This document shows positions 11,006 to 21,304 of a DNA stretch of 64,000 bases, piece by piece. The position numbers and the translations under genes were made by a program. How positions within the stretch are numbered: the stretch's first letter is position 1; each line of letters starts with the position of its first letter. Origin of the DNA: an uncultured Clostridia bacterium (GTDB lineage: Bacteria; Bacillota; Clostridia; Oscillospirales; Acutalibacteraceae). The notes below the pieces were generated by a model. It searched no databases and was not told the DNA's origin. It saw nothing but the letters and a program-made list of their open reading frames with translations. The stretch spans positions 32,792-96,791 of the forward strand of contig CALHES010000009.1 in the NCBI GenBank assembly GCA_938028975.1, given 5' to 3'.

Positions 11006-11598
11006 AAATAGGCATTTTCGGCGGTGCTTTTAATCCGGTTCATAACGGACATATTAAATTAGCTGTTAAATATACGGAACTTTTAAACTTAGATAAATTA
11101 ATTGTTGTTCCCACTGCAAATCCGCCTCATAAATCAAATACTGATTTTGCCGGCAAAACCGACAGAATAAATATGCTTAATTTTGCATTTGAAAATGTAA
11201 AAAAGGTGGAAGTGTCGGACATTGAATTTAAACTTAAGGGGAAAAGTTATACTTACAACACCGTTTCGGAAATAAAAAAACAGTTTAATAATCCTGAAAT
11301 TTATTTAATTGTCGGTGAAGACCAATTTCTCAGCTTTGATACTTGGTATAGATATAATGATATTTTAAACAGTGTAACTCTTTGCACTGCTCAAAGAAAT
11401 GAAAATAAGTGTGCACAGCTTAGGGAATATGCAGAAAACGTTTTAAAATGCCAAAATTACATTGTTGTAAATTATGACCCCGTTGTTGTTTCCAGCAGTG
11501 AAATAAGGGGAAAAATAAAAAATAATGAAAAGGTAAATAATTTAATTCCTTTAAAGGTTTTAAATTATATTGTTGAAAATGGATTGTATACGGAATAA
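11002..11598 (+). CDS. nadD: Nicotinate-nucleotide adenylyltransferase
   Basis: GIFGGAFNPVHNGH motif. The TTG start overlaps the yhbY stop (ATTGA). yhbY-nadD-yqeK-rsfS order matches the Bacillus yqeI-L cluster. Confidence 0.85.
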   Translation: MKIGIFGGAFNPVHNGHIKLAVKYTELLNLDKLIVVPTANPPHKSNTDFAGKTDRINMLNFAFENVKKVEVSDIEFKLKGKSYTYNTVSEIKKQFNNPEIYLIVGEDQFLSFDTWYRYNDILNSVTLCTAQRNENKCAQLREYAENVLKCQNYIVVNYDPVVVSSSEIRGKIKNNEKVNNLIPLKVLNYIVENGLYTE

Positions 11599-12169
11599 AG
11601 CAGAAGAGTATAAAAGCATTATTAAGCAGCGCCTGTCAGAACATAGATATATTCATAGTTTAAATGTGGCTGATGCTGCCGAAATGCTGGCAAAAAAATA
11701 CGGCGCAAATGTTGATAAAGCATATATTGCCGGAATTTTGCACGATATTACAAAGCAGGAAGCTGTTGAAAAGCAAATTGAAATTATTGAAACCGGCGGC
11801 GGAAAATTGTTGCCATTGGAAAAATTCACACCTCTTGTGTACCATCAAATCAGCGGTATGTACTATTGCAAAAACGTGCTTGGAGTAGATGATGAGGAAG
11901 TTCTTGGCGCAATCAGGTGGCACACTACGGGAAAAAGTGACATGACGTTGCTTGAAAAGGTTGTTTTTACGGCTGATTTTATTTCGGCAGACAGAAATTA
12001 CCCGGATGTGGATGTTATGCGTGGTTTGGCAAACGAAAGCCTTGAAAAGGCAATGCTTTATTCTTTAAAATACACAATTTGCGATTTGGCGCAAAAGGGA
12101 AATGTTATTCATCCCGATACGCTGAATTGTTATAATTATATACTACAAAATAATACTGAAAAGGAATGA
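11579..12169 (+). CDS. yqeK: HD-domain bis(5'-nucleosyl)-tetraphosphatase YqeK
   Basis: RYIHSLNVADAA...GILHDITK HD motif. ATG at 11579 preferred over the in-frame TTG at 11570. Confidence 0.8.
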   Translation: MDCIRNKAEEYKSIIKQRLSEHRYIHSLNVADAAEMLAKKYGANVDKAYIAGILHDITKQEAVEKQIEIIETGGGKLLPLEKFTPLVYHQISGMYYCKNVLGVDDEEVLGAIRWHTTGKSDMTLLEKVVFTADFISADRNYPDVDVMRGLANESLEKAMLYSLKYTICDLAQKGNVIHPDTLNCYNYILQNNTEKE

Positions 12170-12173
12170 ATAT

Positions 12174-12527
12174 ATGAACTCACTTGATATTGTTAAAACT
12201 GCCGTAAAAGCGGCAGACAGTAAAAAGGGCAAGGATATTCAGGTAATCGGAATAAGAGATTTGTCTATAATTGCCGATTATTTTGTGCTTGTTACAGGTG
12301 AATCTTCCACTCAAGTAAAAGCACTTGCCGATGAAATTGAATTTAAGTTAAAAGAAGCGGGCGAGGAGCCTCATCATATTGAAGGCAGGCAGTCGGGTTG
12401 GATTTGCCTTGATTTTTCAACTGTTGTAATTCATGTCTTTTACAAGGAACAGCGTGATTATTTTAAATTAGAGCATCTTTGGGGAGACGGAGAAATATTA
12501 AATACAGAAAAGTTTTTGGAGGACTGA
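12174..12527 (+). CDS. rsfS: Ribosomal silencing factor RsfS (Iojap)
   Basis: [35 protein letters not shown] Iojap signature. 117 aa. Confidence 0.85.
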   Translation: MNSLDIVKTAVKAADSKKGKDIQVIGIRDLSIIADYFVLVTGESSTQVKALADEIEFKLKEAGEEPHHIEGRQSGWICLDFSTVVIHVFYKEQRDYFKLEHLWGDGEILNTEKFLED

Positions 12528-12529
12528 TT

Positions 12530-14938
12530 ATGGAATACAATTTTAAAAAGATTGAAAAGAAATGGCAGGACGTTTGGTATTCTCAAAACACTTTTGCCGC
12601 AAAACAGGATTACTCACTTCCTAAATTTTATTGCCTTGTTGAATTTCCTTACCCAAGCGGTCAGGGTTTGCACGTAGGTCATCCCCGTTCATATACTGCG
12701 CTTGACATTGTTGCAAGAAAGAAAAGACTTCAGGGTTATAATGTTCTTTATCCTATGGGCTGGGATGCTTTTGGTCTTCCTACGGAAAACTTTGCAATTA
12801 AAAACCACATTCATCCTGCCGAGGTAACAAAGAAAAATGTTGCTCATTTTAAAGAACAGCTTCAGTCATTGGGCTTTTCATTTGACTGGACAAGGGAAAT
12901 TAATACAACCGACCCGTCATATTATAAGTGGACTCAGTGGATTTTCCTTCAGCTTTTCAAAAAAGGCCTTGCATACAAAAAGGAAATGGCTGTTAACTGG
13001 TGCACATCTTGCAAGTGTGTTCTTGCAAACGAAGAAGTTGTAAACGGCGTTTGCGAACGTTGCGGTTCTGAAGTTATTCGTAAAAATCAAAGCCAGTGGA
13101 TGCTTAAAATTACAGAATATGCAGACAGGCTTGTTAAAGACCTTGATGACGTTGATTTTATTGATAGGGTTAAGGTTCAGCAAAGAAACTGGATTGGCAG
13201 AAGCACCGGTGCAGAAGTTGATTTTAAAACCACGTTGGGCGATACTCTTACCGTTTATACCACAAGGTGCGATACACTTTTCGGTGCTACATACATGGTT
13301 ATCTCTCCCGAACATCCTCTTATTGAAAAATGGGCAGATAACATTACAAATATGGACGAGGTTCGTGCATATCAGGTTGAGGCATCACATAAAAGCGATT
13401 TTGAAAGAACAGAACTTAACAAAGATAAAACAGGCGTTAAGCTTAACGGCGTAATGGGCATTAATCCTGTTAATGACACCGAGATTCCGATTTTTATTTC
13501 AGACTATGTATTAACTTCTTACGGAACAGGCGCAATTATGGCTGTTCCTGCTCATGATACAAGAGACTGGGAATTTGCAAAAAAATTCAATCTTCCTATT
13601 ATTGAGGTTGTTGCCGGCGGTGAAGATGTTCAACAGCAGGCATTTACAGATTGTTATACCGGCAAACTTGTTAACAGCGGATTTTTAACCGGTCTTTCTG
13701 TTGAGGACGCTAAAAAGGAAATGATTGCTTGGCTTGAAAAAGAGGGTAAAGGCAGAGAAAAGGTTAACTTTAAACTTCGAGATTGGGTATTCAGCCGCCA
13801 AAGATATTGGGGTGAACCTATTCCTATTGTTAACTGTGAAAAATGCGGCTACGTTCCGATTCCTGAAAGTGAACTGCCTTTGGAACTTCCTAACGTTGAT
13901 TCTTACGAACCTACAGATACAGGCGAATCACCGCTTGCTAAAATGACAGATTGGGTTAACACAACTTGTCCTTGCTGCGGCGGACCTGCTAAAAGAGAAA
14001 CAGATACAATGCCACAGTGGGCAGGTTCATCTTGGTATTTCCTTCGTTATATGGACCCCCATAATGATAAAGAACTTGCGTCTAAAGAAGCACTTGAATA
14101 TTGGTCTCCTGTAGATTGGTATAACGGCGGTATGGAACATACAACGCTTCACTTGCTTTACAGCCGTTTCTGGCATAAATTCCTTTATGATATTGGCGTT
14201 GTTCCTACAAAAGAGCCGTATATGAAACGTACTTCACACGGTATGATTTTAGGCGAAAACGGCGAAAAAATGAGTAAATCAAGAGGCAATGTTGTTAATC
14301 CGGATGAGATTGTAGACCAATACGGTGCAGACACAATGCGTCTTTATGAAATGTTTATAGGCGATTTTGAAAAGGCTGCTCCTTGGAATTCTGATTCAAT
14401 TAAGGGATGTAAACGTTTTGTTGAGCGTTTTTGGAATCTTCAGGAAATTGTTGTTGACGGAGACGAATACAGTGAAGATTTAGAGGCGCTTATGCATAAA
14501 ACAATTAAAAAGGTTACGGAAGATATTGATAATCTTAAGTGTAATACTGCTATTGCCGCTATGATGACTCTTATTAATAAAATTTACGAAAAGGGCAGCG
14601 TAACAAAGAAAGAACTTAAAGATTTAACAATTATTCTTAATCCGTTTGCCCCTCACGTTACAGAAGAAATGTGGGATGTAATGAATTTCGGCGGCATGGT
14701 TAATCAGGCACAATGGCCTGAATTTGACGATGCAAAAACAGTTGAAAACAACGTTGAAATTGTTCTTCAAATTATGGGTAAAGTTCGTTCAAGAATGGTT
14801 GTTCCTGTTGATATGCCTAAAGAAAAGGTTCTTGAACTTGCAAAGGCAGATGAAAAAATCGCAGCCGCTATTGCAGGTAAAGAAATTAAAAAAGAAATTT
14901 ATGTTCCCGGTAAACTTGTTAATATTGTAGCAGTTTGA
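12530..14938 (+). CDS. leuS: Leucine--tRNA ligase
   Basis: HVGHPRSYT (HIGH) and KMSKS present. CP1 editing domain and zinc knuckle present. ATG at 12530 with GGAGG at 12519. The ORF track's upstream extension from 12479 would overlap rsfS. Confidence 0.95.
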   Translation: MEYNFKKIEKKWQDVWYSQNTFAAKQDYSLPKFYCLVEFPYPSGQGLHVGHPRSYTALDIVARKKRLQGYNVLYPMGWDAFGLPTENFAIKNHIHPAEVTKKNVAHFKEQLQSLGFSFDWTREINTTDPSYYKWTQWIFLQLFKKGLAYKKEMAVNWCTSCKCVLANEEVVNGVCERCGSEVIRKNQSQWMLKITEYADRLVKDLDDVDFIDRVKVQQRNWIGRSTGAEVDFKTTLGDTLTVYTTRCDTLFGATYMVISPEHPLIEKWADNITNMDEVRAYQVEASHKSDFERTELNKDKTGVKLNGVMGINPVNDTEIPIFISDYVLTSYGTGAIMAVPAHDTRDWEFAKKFNLPIIEVVAGGEDVQQQAFTDCYTGKLVNSGFLTGLSVEDAKKEMIAWLEKEGKGREKVNFKLRDWVFSRQRYWGEPIPIVNCEKCGYVPIPESELPLELPNVDSYEPTDTGESPLAKMTDWVNTTCPCCGGPAKRETDTMPQWAGSSWYFLRYMDPHNDKELASKEALEYWSPVDWYNGGMEHTTLHLLYSRFWHKFLYDIGVVPTKEPYMKRTSHGMILGENGEKMSKSRGNVVNPDEIVDQYGADTMRLYEMFIGDFEKAAPWNSDSIKGCKRFVERFWNLQEIVVDGDEYSEDLEALMHKTIKKVTEDIDNLKCNTAIAAMMTLINKIYEKGSVTKKELKDLTIILNPFAPHVTEEMWDVMNFGGMVNQAQWPEFDDAKTVENNVEIVLQIMGKVRSRMVVPVDMPKEKVLELAKADEKIAAAIAGKEIKKEIYVPGKLVNIVAV

Positions 14939-14959
14939 TTTATTGCTTTGGGGGTAAAT

Positions 14960-17900
14960 ATGGGTAAAAAGAAAAAAGTTTACACGGTTGCTACAGCTCA
15001 TTTAGACACTGTGTGGTCTTGGGATTTTGAAACAACCGTAAGTAAGTATATTTATGATACGCTTGTAGATAATTTTGCTTTATTTAAAAAATATCCCAAT
15101 TATACTTTTTCGTTTGAAGGCTCATATCGCTATGAGTTGATGGAAGAGTATTATCCTGAATTATTTGAAGAGTTAAAAGAATATGTTAAACAGGGCAGAT
15201 GGAATGTTTGCGGTTCGTCTTTTGAAAACGGCGATGTTAACTGCCCGTCTCCCGAAGCATTGTTCAGAAATATTCTTTTTGGAAATTCATATTTCGATGA
15301 AAAATTCGGAAAACGAAGTGTTGACATTTATTTGCCCGACTGTTTTGGCTTCGGTTGGGCACTTCCAAGCATTGCACACCATGCTCATTTAATGGGCTTT
15401 ACAACTCAAAAACTGGCATGGGGCAGTGCATACGGCACGCCGTTTGATATAGGTAAATGGCAGGGCGTAGACGGAAATTACATATACGCAAGCTGTAATC
15501 CTCATGATTATTACTTTACGTTAACAAAGCTTCGTGATTGGGATTTTGTTTTAAATAAGCTTAAAGAAAATGAAAAATACGGCCTTGATTGGACGTATTT
15601 GTTCCATGGCATAGGCGACAGGGGCGGTGCTCCTGAAGAAAAATCCGTTAAATTTGTTGAAGATGAAATAGCAAAAAATGACGGCAGCGATATTGAAGTT
15701 GTTGCCGCAAGTGCCGACCAAATTTATCATGATATTGATGAAAAACTGCCGGCAGAAGTTAAAGAAAAACTTCCTGTTTGGAAAACAGAACTTGTTATGC
15801 AAAATCATGGTGTAGGCGGTTATACATCCCGTGCAATCGGAAAAAGATGGAATGCTAAATGTCAGGATTTGGCAGACATTGCGGAGAGAGCAGGCGTAGA
15901 AGCGTCATATTATAATACAGCCGATTATAATGAATATGTGCTTGAAAAGGCTTGGAAAAGAGCCATTGCCCATCAATTTCATGATGATACGCCGGGAACT
16001 TCTGTGCAAAGAGTTTACAAGCGTTCTTGGAACGACTATGCAATGTCAATTAATCAATTTGCAGGTGAAATAGAAAATTATACGGGTTCATTTTCAACTT
16101 TGTTAAAATCGGATTTTTGCGTGGGCATTCCCGTAAGCGTATATAACAGCCTTGAATTTGACAGGCACGGCGTTGTTAAAATTCAACTTAAAAATTTCGG
16201 CAAACCTTATGTCCGTGTTTTTGATAATAACGGAAAAGAGGTTAAAAGTCAGGTTATTTCAATAAAAAATGATATAACGGAAATTCTTTTTGTTGTCGAC
16301 GTTAAATCATTGGGTACACGTGTTTATGATGTTCGCCCTTCCGATATTCCTTGCCCTGTAAAAAGCAGTGTATCTGTTAACGGCAATTCGTTGGAAAATG
16401 AAAAATACATTGTAACTCTTAATAAAAACGGCGATATTTCATCAATCATAGATAAAACAGATAATGAACGTGAATTGCTTGATAAGCCTATTATTTTCGG
16501 TTTGTTTAATTATACCGGTTCAAAGTCTTGGCCTGCTTGGGAAATGAATTTTAAAGAAGCAAATAAGGAGCCTGACAGAAATCCGATTTTATCTTCACTT
16601 GAAATTACGGAAAGCGGACCTGCAAGGGTTGCCGTTAAGGTTAAGCAAACAGATAAAAAATCAGAGTTTGTAAATTATATTACGCTTGAGGACGGCAGCG
16701 AAACTGTTAATATTTACAGTGAAATAGAATGGCGTTCAATGCGCACACTTTGTAAAAATCGCTTTGCATTTACAGCGGAAAATCCAAATGCTACGTTTGA
16801 TTTGGGTCTTGGCGCAATTCAAAGAGGTAATATGAGTGAAAAGTTATTTGAAGTTCCTGCTCAGCGATGGGCTGATATTACAGATAACAGCGGCGAATTC
16901 GGCGTTTCGGTTATAAGCGAATGTAAGCACGGTTGGGATAAGTTCAGCAATAACACTTTGCGTTTAACTGCCGTTCATACGCCTAAATACAGCTACAGAA
17001 TAGACTCTATGCAGGCTATGATGGATTTGGGCTTAAACAGATATTCTTTTGCTTTGTTCAGCCACAAAGGCGACGTGGGTGCGGAAACTCAAATGCGCTC
17101 ACGTGAATTTGTAACGCCTTTTGTTGCAAATGTTATTGAAAAACACAGCGGAACTTTGGGCAGCGATTTTTCATTCGGCTCCGTTTCAACAAATGACGTA
17201 ATAATAAGAGCTGTTAAACGAACTCATCATAATGTTGAAAATCAAGAAGTTATTGTTCGCTTAAATGAAGGTTCAAATAAATTTGTTAATGATTTTGAAT
17301 TATCGTTGGGCGAAGGTATTGAAAGTGCAAAGGAACTTTATGCAAGTGAGGAGTATTTGGCAGATGCTACTGTTAAAGACGGAAAACTTGTTACTTCCTT
17401 TAAACCTTATGAAATTAAAACATTCTCGTTAAAATTGAAAACACCTTCTGCTGTAGGCAATAAACCACAGTGTAGCTTTGTTAATCTTGAATTTAACAAT
17501 GAAAATAAGGCGCTTCCCAAAGAATTGCTGCCAAAAACAGTTAATGTAGCCGGTGTTGCTTTTGAAACGGGAAACGGCGGCCTTGTTTCCGGCAATGGAA
17601 ATGAAATTGTTGTTCAAACGGATTGTAACAAATTAAAACTTCTTTGTGCCGGTTTAACAGGTGAAAAATCAACTTTTGTTGTAGACGGTGAAAAAATTGT
17701 AAAAACAGTTAATTTTGCAGATAAACCGTTTGCAGGTTGGGATTTGTACGATTTTGAAGAAACAGCTTTTGTTAAGCACGGTCATTTGGGATTTGAGGCA
17801 ACTCATTCTCTTAATGACGACGGCTCTGTGGCATATGCAAAAGGTCTTTATTATTGGGTAATTACGCTTGATGTTCATAAAGGCAGTAAAATTGTTTTGC

Positions 17901-18175
17901 CAAATGATAATAAAATAATCGTTCTTGCTGCAACCGAGGTTAACTGTGCAAACACTTCTCTTGTTACTCCTCTTGAGGAGCAGGTTGAAAAGCGTGAATT
18001 TGATTTTGAAATGAATTTTAAAGAAAAAATGTGGCGCTTAAATTCAAAACTTTTATGGAATTTATGTGATAAAGATGACTTTATTGCCCACAACAATAAC
18101 GGAAAAAACGGCAAGCGTGTTGAGCAAAGAGGAAAACACTTTAAAACAAGAACGGTTGAAACCGTTGGCCACTGA
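14960..18175 (+). CDS. Glycoside hydrolase family 38 alpha-mannosidase
   Basis: N-terminal GH38 catalytic motifs (TAHLDTVWSW, HHAHLMGF, FHDDTPGTS). ~1070 aa, typical of bacterial GH38. ATG at 14960 follows a GGGGG RBS. Confidence 0.8.
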   Translation: MGKKKKVYTVATAHLDTVWSWDFETTVSKYIYDTLVDNFALFKKYPNYTFSFEGSYRYELMEEYYPELFEELKEYVKQGRWNVCGSSFENGDVNCPSPEALFRNILFGNSYFDEKFGKRSVDIYLPDCFGFGWALPSIAHHAHLMGFTTQKLAWGSAYGTPFDIGKWQGVDGNYIYASCNPHDYYFTLTKLRDWDFVLNKLKENEKYGLDWTYLFHGIGDRGGAPEEKSVKFVEDEIAKNDGSDIEVVAASADQIYHDIDEKLPAEVKEKLPVWKTELVMQNHGVGGYTSRAIGKRWNAKCQDLADIAERAGVEASYYNTADYNEYVLEKAWKRAIAHQFHDDTPGTSVQRVYKRSWNDYAMSINQFAGEIENYTGSFSTLLKSDFCVGIPVSVYNSLEFDRHGVVKIQLKNFGKPYVRVFDNNGKEVKSQVISIKNDITEILFVVDVKSLGTRVYDVRPSDIPCPVKSSVSVNGNSLENEKYIVTLNKNGDISSIIDKTDNERELLDKPIIFGLFNYTGSKSWPAWEMNFKEANKEPDRNPILSSLEITESGPARVAVKVKQTDKKSEFVNYITLEDGSETVNIYSEIEWRSMRTLCKNRFAFTAENPNATFDLGLGAIQRGNMSEKLFEVPAQRWADITDNSGEFGVSVISECKHGWDKFSNNTLRLTAVHTPKYSYRIDSMQAMMDLGLNRYSFALFSHKGDVGAETQMRSREFVTPFVANVIEKHSGTLGSDFSFGSVSTNDVIIRAVKRTHHNVENQEVIVRLNEGSNKFVNDFELSLGEGIESAKELYASEEYLADATVKDGKLVTSFKPYEIKTFSLKLKTPSAVGNKPQCSFVNLEFNNENKALPKELLPKTVNVAGVAFETGNGGLVSGNGNEIVVQTDCNKLKLLCAGLTGEKSTFVVDGEKIVKTVNFADKPFAGWDLYDFEETAFVKHGHLGFEATHSLNDDGSVAYAKGLYYWVITLDVHKGSKIVLPNDNKIIVLAATEVNCANTSLVTPLEEQVEKREFDFEMNFKEKMWRLNSKLLWNLCDKDDFIAHNNNGKNGKRVEQRGKHFKTRTVETVGH

Positions 18176-18198
18176 TTTTAAATGAAAAGAGTAAGATT

Positions 18199-19581
18199 AT
18201 GGGATATAATTTTGAAAAGAACTGGACAACCGATAATAACGGCTTTGAGCTTAACGGCGACAAGGTTGAAAGGTATATTTCTGTTGTTCCGTCAGAAAGG
18301 CAGCTTGCTTTGGCTGAAAAACCTTTTTATTTCTTTTTCCATTTCGGTATGAATACTGCCACGGGAAGAGAATGGGGAGCAGGCACGGAAACCGTTGAGG
18401 ATTTTACAATAAAAAGAATTAAGGCAGAGCAGTGGATAAAATGTGCAAAATCTGCCGGCGCAACAGGCGTTATTTTAACTTGTAAGCATCACGACGGCTT
18501 TTGTCTTTGGCCATCACAATACACAGATTTTTGTGTGAAAAATACCGGCTTTCACGGTGATGTTGTTAAAGAAGTTTCAATGGAATGTCATAATGCGGGC
18601 TTGAACTTCGGCGTGTATCTTTCACCTTGGGATATGCACGAAGAATCATATGGAACAGAAGCATATAATGATTACTTTTGCAATCAATTAACCGAACTTT
18701 TAACAAATTACGGTGAAGTTAACGAGGTTTGGTTTGACGGCGCCAAGGGCGCAAACGCCAAAGAATTTGAATATGATTGGAACAGATATTACGATTTAAT
18801 CAGAAAATTACAGCCTAAGGCAAATATTGCAATATGCGGACCCGATGTTCGTTGGGTAGGTAATGAGGGCGGTAAAACAAGAAAAAGCGAGTACTCTGTA
18901 GTGCCTACAGAGTTACAAAATACGCAGTTTGTAAGTGAAAACAGCCAGCATTCCGAAAGCGGCGCAGGCAAACTTCAAAACATTAACGAAATGGACGAGG
19001 ATTTGGGCAGCCGTTCAATGCTTGATAAGGCAGAAAAACTTGCTTGGTATCCGGCTGAGGTTGATGTATCCATCAGAAAAGGCTGGTTTTGGTCCAAAGA
19101 TGAAAATAAAACAGTTAAAAGCGTAAAGAAACTTTTAAAAATTTATATTAATTCCGTCGGTAATAATTGCACTCTTTTGCTTAATGTTCCACCCACAAAT
19201 ACAGGTGTTGTTCATTCTAAGGATGCAAAAAGATTAAAAGAATTGGGCAAAAAAATCAAAGAAATTACCGCAAAGCCAATTATTGTTCAAAAGTTTGGCG
19301 AACTGAACGATAGGCAGGGATATATTGATTTTGATTTTGATTCCGAGAAGAAACTTAAATACGTTATTTTGAAAGAGGATATAACAAAATCTCAACGTGT
19401 TGAAATGTTTGATGTTTATGTAAAAAAATCAAACGGCAAGTTTAAAAAGGTACGCACAGGCACAATTATAGGTTCAAAGAAAATTATTAAGTTAAGACCT
19501 AAAAAGTGTGTGGGTGCAAGAATTGTAATTCGTCAAAGCAGAAGCACACCTTATATTAAGGAAATAGGTTTTTACGAATAA
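18199..19581 (+). CDS. Alpha-L-fucosidase (GH29) with C-terminal discoidin/F5-8 type C-like domain
   Basis: FFHFGMNT...GVILTCKHHDGFCLWPS...EVWFDGA GH29 motifs. C-terminal beta-sandwich region. Confidence 0.8.
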   Translation: MGYNFEKNWTTDNNGFELNGDKVERYISVVPSERQLALAEKPFYFFFHFGMNTATGREWGAGTETVEDFTIKRIKAEQWIKCAKSAGATGVILTCKHHDGFCLWPSQYTDFCVKNTGFHGDVVKEVSMECHNAGLNFGVYLSPWDMHEESYGTEAYNDYFCNQLTELLTNYGEVNEVWFDGAKGANAKEFEYDWNRYYDLIRKLQPKANIAICGPDVRWVGNEGGKTRKSEYSVVPTELQNTQFVSENSQHSESGAGKLQNINEMDEDLGSRSMLDKAEKLAWYPAEVDVSIRKGWFWSKDENKTVKSVKKLLKIYINSVGNNCTLLLNVPPTNTGVVHSKDAKRLKELGKKIKEITAKPIIVQKFGELNDRQGYIDFDFDSEKKLKYVILKEDITKSQRVEMFDVYVKKSNGKFKKVRTGTIIGSKKIIKLRPKKCVGARIVIRQSRSTPYIKEIGFYE

Positions 19582-19583
19582 TA

Positions 19584-19628
19584 AAAAGCACTTCAATCCA
19601 TATGGGTTGAAGTGCTTTTTTATAGCCT
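19584..19628. terminator. Bidirectional rho-independent terminator between the converging fucosidase (+) and rSAM (-) genes
   Basis: aaaagcacttcaacccatatgggttgaagtgcttttttat: perfect 12-bp stem, flanked by an A-run on one side and a T-run on the other. Confidence 0.65.
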
Positions 19629-20483
19629 GTTAATTGCATTTAAAACTCTTTTTTTATCGCCGCTCCACATGGGCGCAATTAAATCTTTTTTTGGCCCGTC
19701 TCCAGTTAATCGGTGAATAACAATATTGTTCGGTATTATTTCAACGCAACTTTTTATAATATCTAAATATTCGTCAAATTCAAGTGTTTTAAATTTGCCA
19801 TCTTCGTAGTCTTTTGCTAAATCTGTTCCCTTTAAAACATGTAAAAGTTGTAATTTAATACCGTCTGTTCTTTCGCATACGTATTTAACAGATTCCAGCA
19901 TGTCTTTTTTTGTTTCGCCGGGAAGTCCCAAAATTAAGTGGGTAACAACATTAATGTTTCGTTTTTTTAATTCAAAAACCGCTTTGTCATAAACAGATAA
20001 ATCATAACAGCGCCTAATATATTTTGCTGTGTTTTCGTGAATTGTTTGAAGTCCCAATTCAACAAAAACCGGCTTAATTTTATTTAGTTCATCCAACAAA
20101 TCCAAAACATCATTCGGCAAACAATCAGGTCGTGTTGCTATGGAAAGTGCAACAATGTCTTTGTGATTAATCGCCGCAGTAAATTTATTTCTTAATTCAT
20201 CAACAGGGGCATAAGTGTTTGTAAAAGCTTGAAAATATGCAATGTATTTTCCGCTTTTTACTTTGTTTTGTACTTGTTTTTTGCCGTTTTCAATTTGTTC
20301 TTTAACAGTAAAATTTGCATTTTCGGCAAAATCGCCGCTGCCGCCGGCAGAGCAAAAAATACAGCCTTTATTACCTAACGTTCCGTCCCTGTTTGGGCAG
20401 GTAAAACCGCCGTTTAGGCAAATTTTATAAACTTTTTCCCCAAAAGTGTTTTTTAAATACCGGTTAAAACTATAATATTCCAT
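19620..20483 (-). CDS. Radical SAM protein, TIGR01212 (YhcC/YtqA-like) family
   Basis: GGFTCPNRDG...CIFC cysteine pattern and overall length typical of the TIGR01212 family. Confidence 0.75.
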   Translation of the reverse strand: MEYYSFNRYLKNTFGEKVYKICLNGGFTCPNRDGTLGNKGCIFCSAGGSGDFAENANFTVKEQIENGKKQVQNKVKSGKYIAYFQAFTNTYAPVDELRNKFTAAINHKDIVALSIATRPDCLPNDVLDLLDELNKIKPVFVELGLQTIHENTAKYIRRCYDLSVYDKAVFELKKRNINVVTHLILGLPGETKKDMLESVKYVCERTDGIKLQLLHVLKGTDLAKDYEDGKFKTLEFDEYLDIIKSCVEIIPNNIVIHRLTGDGPKKDLIAPMWSGDKKRVLNAINRL

Positions 20484-21258
20484 CTGCTGTGTTGAAAAAT
20501 TCTTTTAAATTATTTTCGTTTCCGCAAACGTAAGATGTGGCACCGCTGTAATTAATATTTTTGTTATCAACGGTTTTGCAAATACCGCCTGCCTCTTTCA
20601 AAACAACTGTTGCTCCTGCCAAATCCCATGGGCGAACTATAAGCTCGTAGTAAAGGTCTGCCTTGCCTGCGGCAACATAACAAATATCAAGTGCTGCAGA
20701 ACCGCTTCTTCTTATTTCAAGGGAATTATAAAAAATCTTTTCGGTAAGTTCGAATGTCTTTTTTCCAAGTTCTCGGTCATAAGGGCATGTTCCGAATAAA
20801 ACTACACTGTTTTCCATTTTATTTTGGGTAACAAATATTTGCTTTCCGTTAAGAAATGCGCCCTTGCCTTTTTCAGCATAGTAAATGTTGTTTAAATCCG
20901 GGTCAAGCACTACACCTATAATAAGTTCCTTGTCTTTTGCCAATCCAACACTTATTGCACTGTGCTCAAATCCTTTTATAAAATTGGTTGTTCCGTCAAT
21001 AGGGTCAATTATAAAACAGTAGCCGTCGGTAAGCTCTTTGTTGCCGCTTCCTTCTTCACCTAAAAAAGAACATCCGGGGCAAATTCTGGCAAGTTCGTCA
21101 AACAGAAAATCCTGAATCATTTTATCGTATTTTGTAACAAGATTAACTGATGAGCCTTTGTCTTCAATTCCTAAATCATTTAAATCGTTGCAGGCGTTTT
21201 TATAAATTTCTCCTGCTTGTTCAACAATATTTATTATTTTGTTTAACATAATTATCAC
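20470..21258 (-). CDS. Inositol monophosphatase family protein (SuhB-like)
   Basis: FLGEEGSG...IIDPIDGTTNFIKG...WDLAGA IMPase metal-binding motifs. Confidence 0.8.
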   Translation of the reverse strand: MIIMLNKIINIVEQAGEIYKNACNDLNDLGIEDKGSSVNLVTKYDKMIQDFLFDELARICPGCSFLGEEGSGNKELTDGYCFIIDPIDGTTNFIKGFEHSAISVGLAKDKELIIGVVLDPDLNNIYYAEKGKGAFLNGKQIFVTQNKMENSVVLFGTCPYDRELGKKTFELTEKIFYNSLEIRRSGSAALDICYVAAGKADLYYELIVRPWDLAGATVVLKEAGGICKTVDNKNINYSGATSYVCGNENNLKEFFNTADGIL

Positions 21259-21304
21259 CGTCTTTATTGTATCATATTTTTAAAACTATTCAATATAATT
21301 TAGT

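Noticed and set aside
12479-12529. Upstream extension of leuS ([17 protein letters not shown]…) suggested by the ORF track
   Set aside because: It would overlap the rsfS C-terminus in another frame. ATG at 12530 has a canonical GGAGG RBS and yields the conserved [13 protein letters not shown] LeuRS N-terminus.
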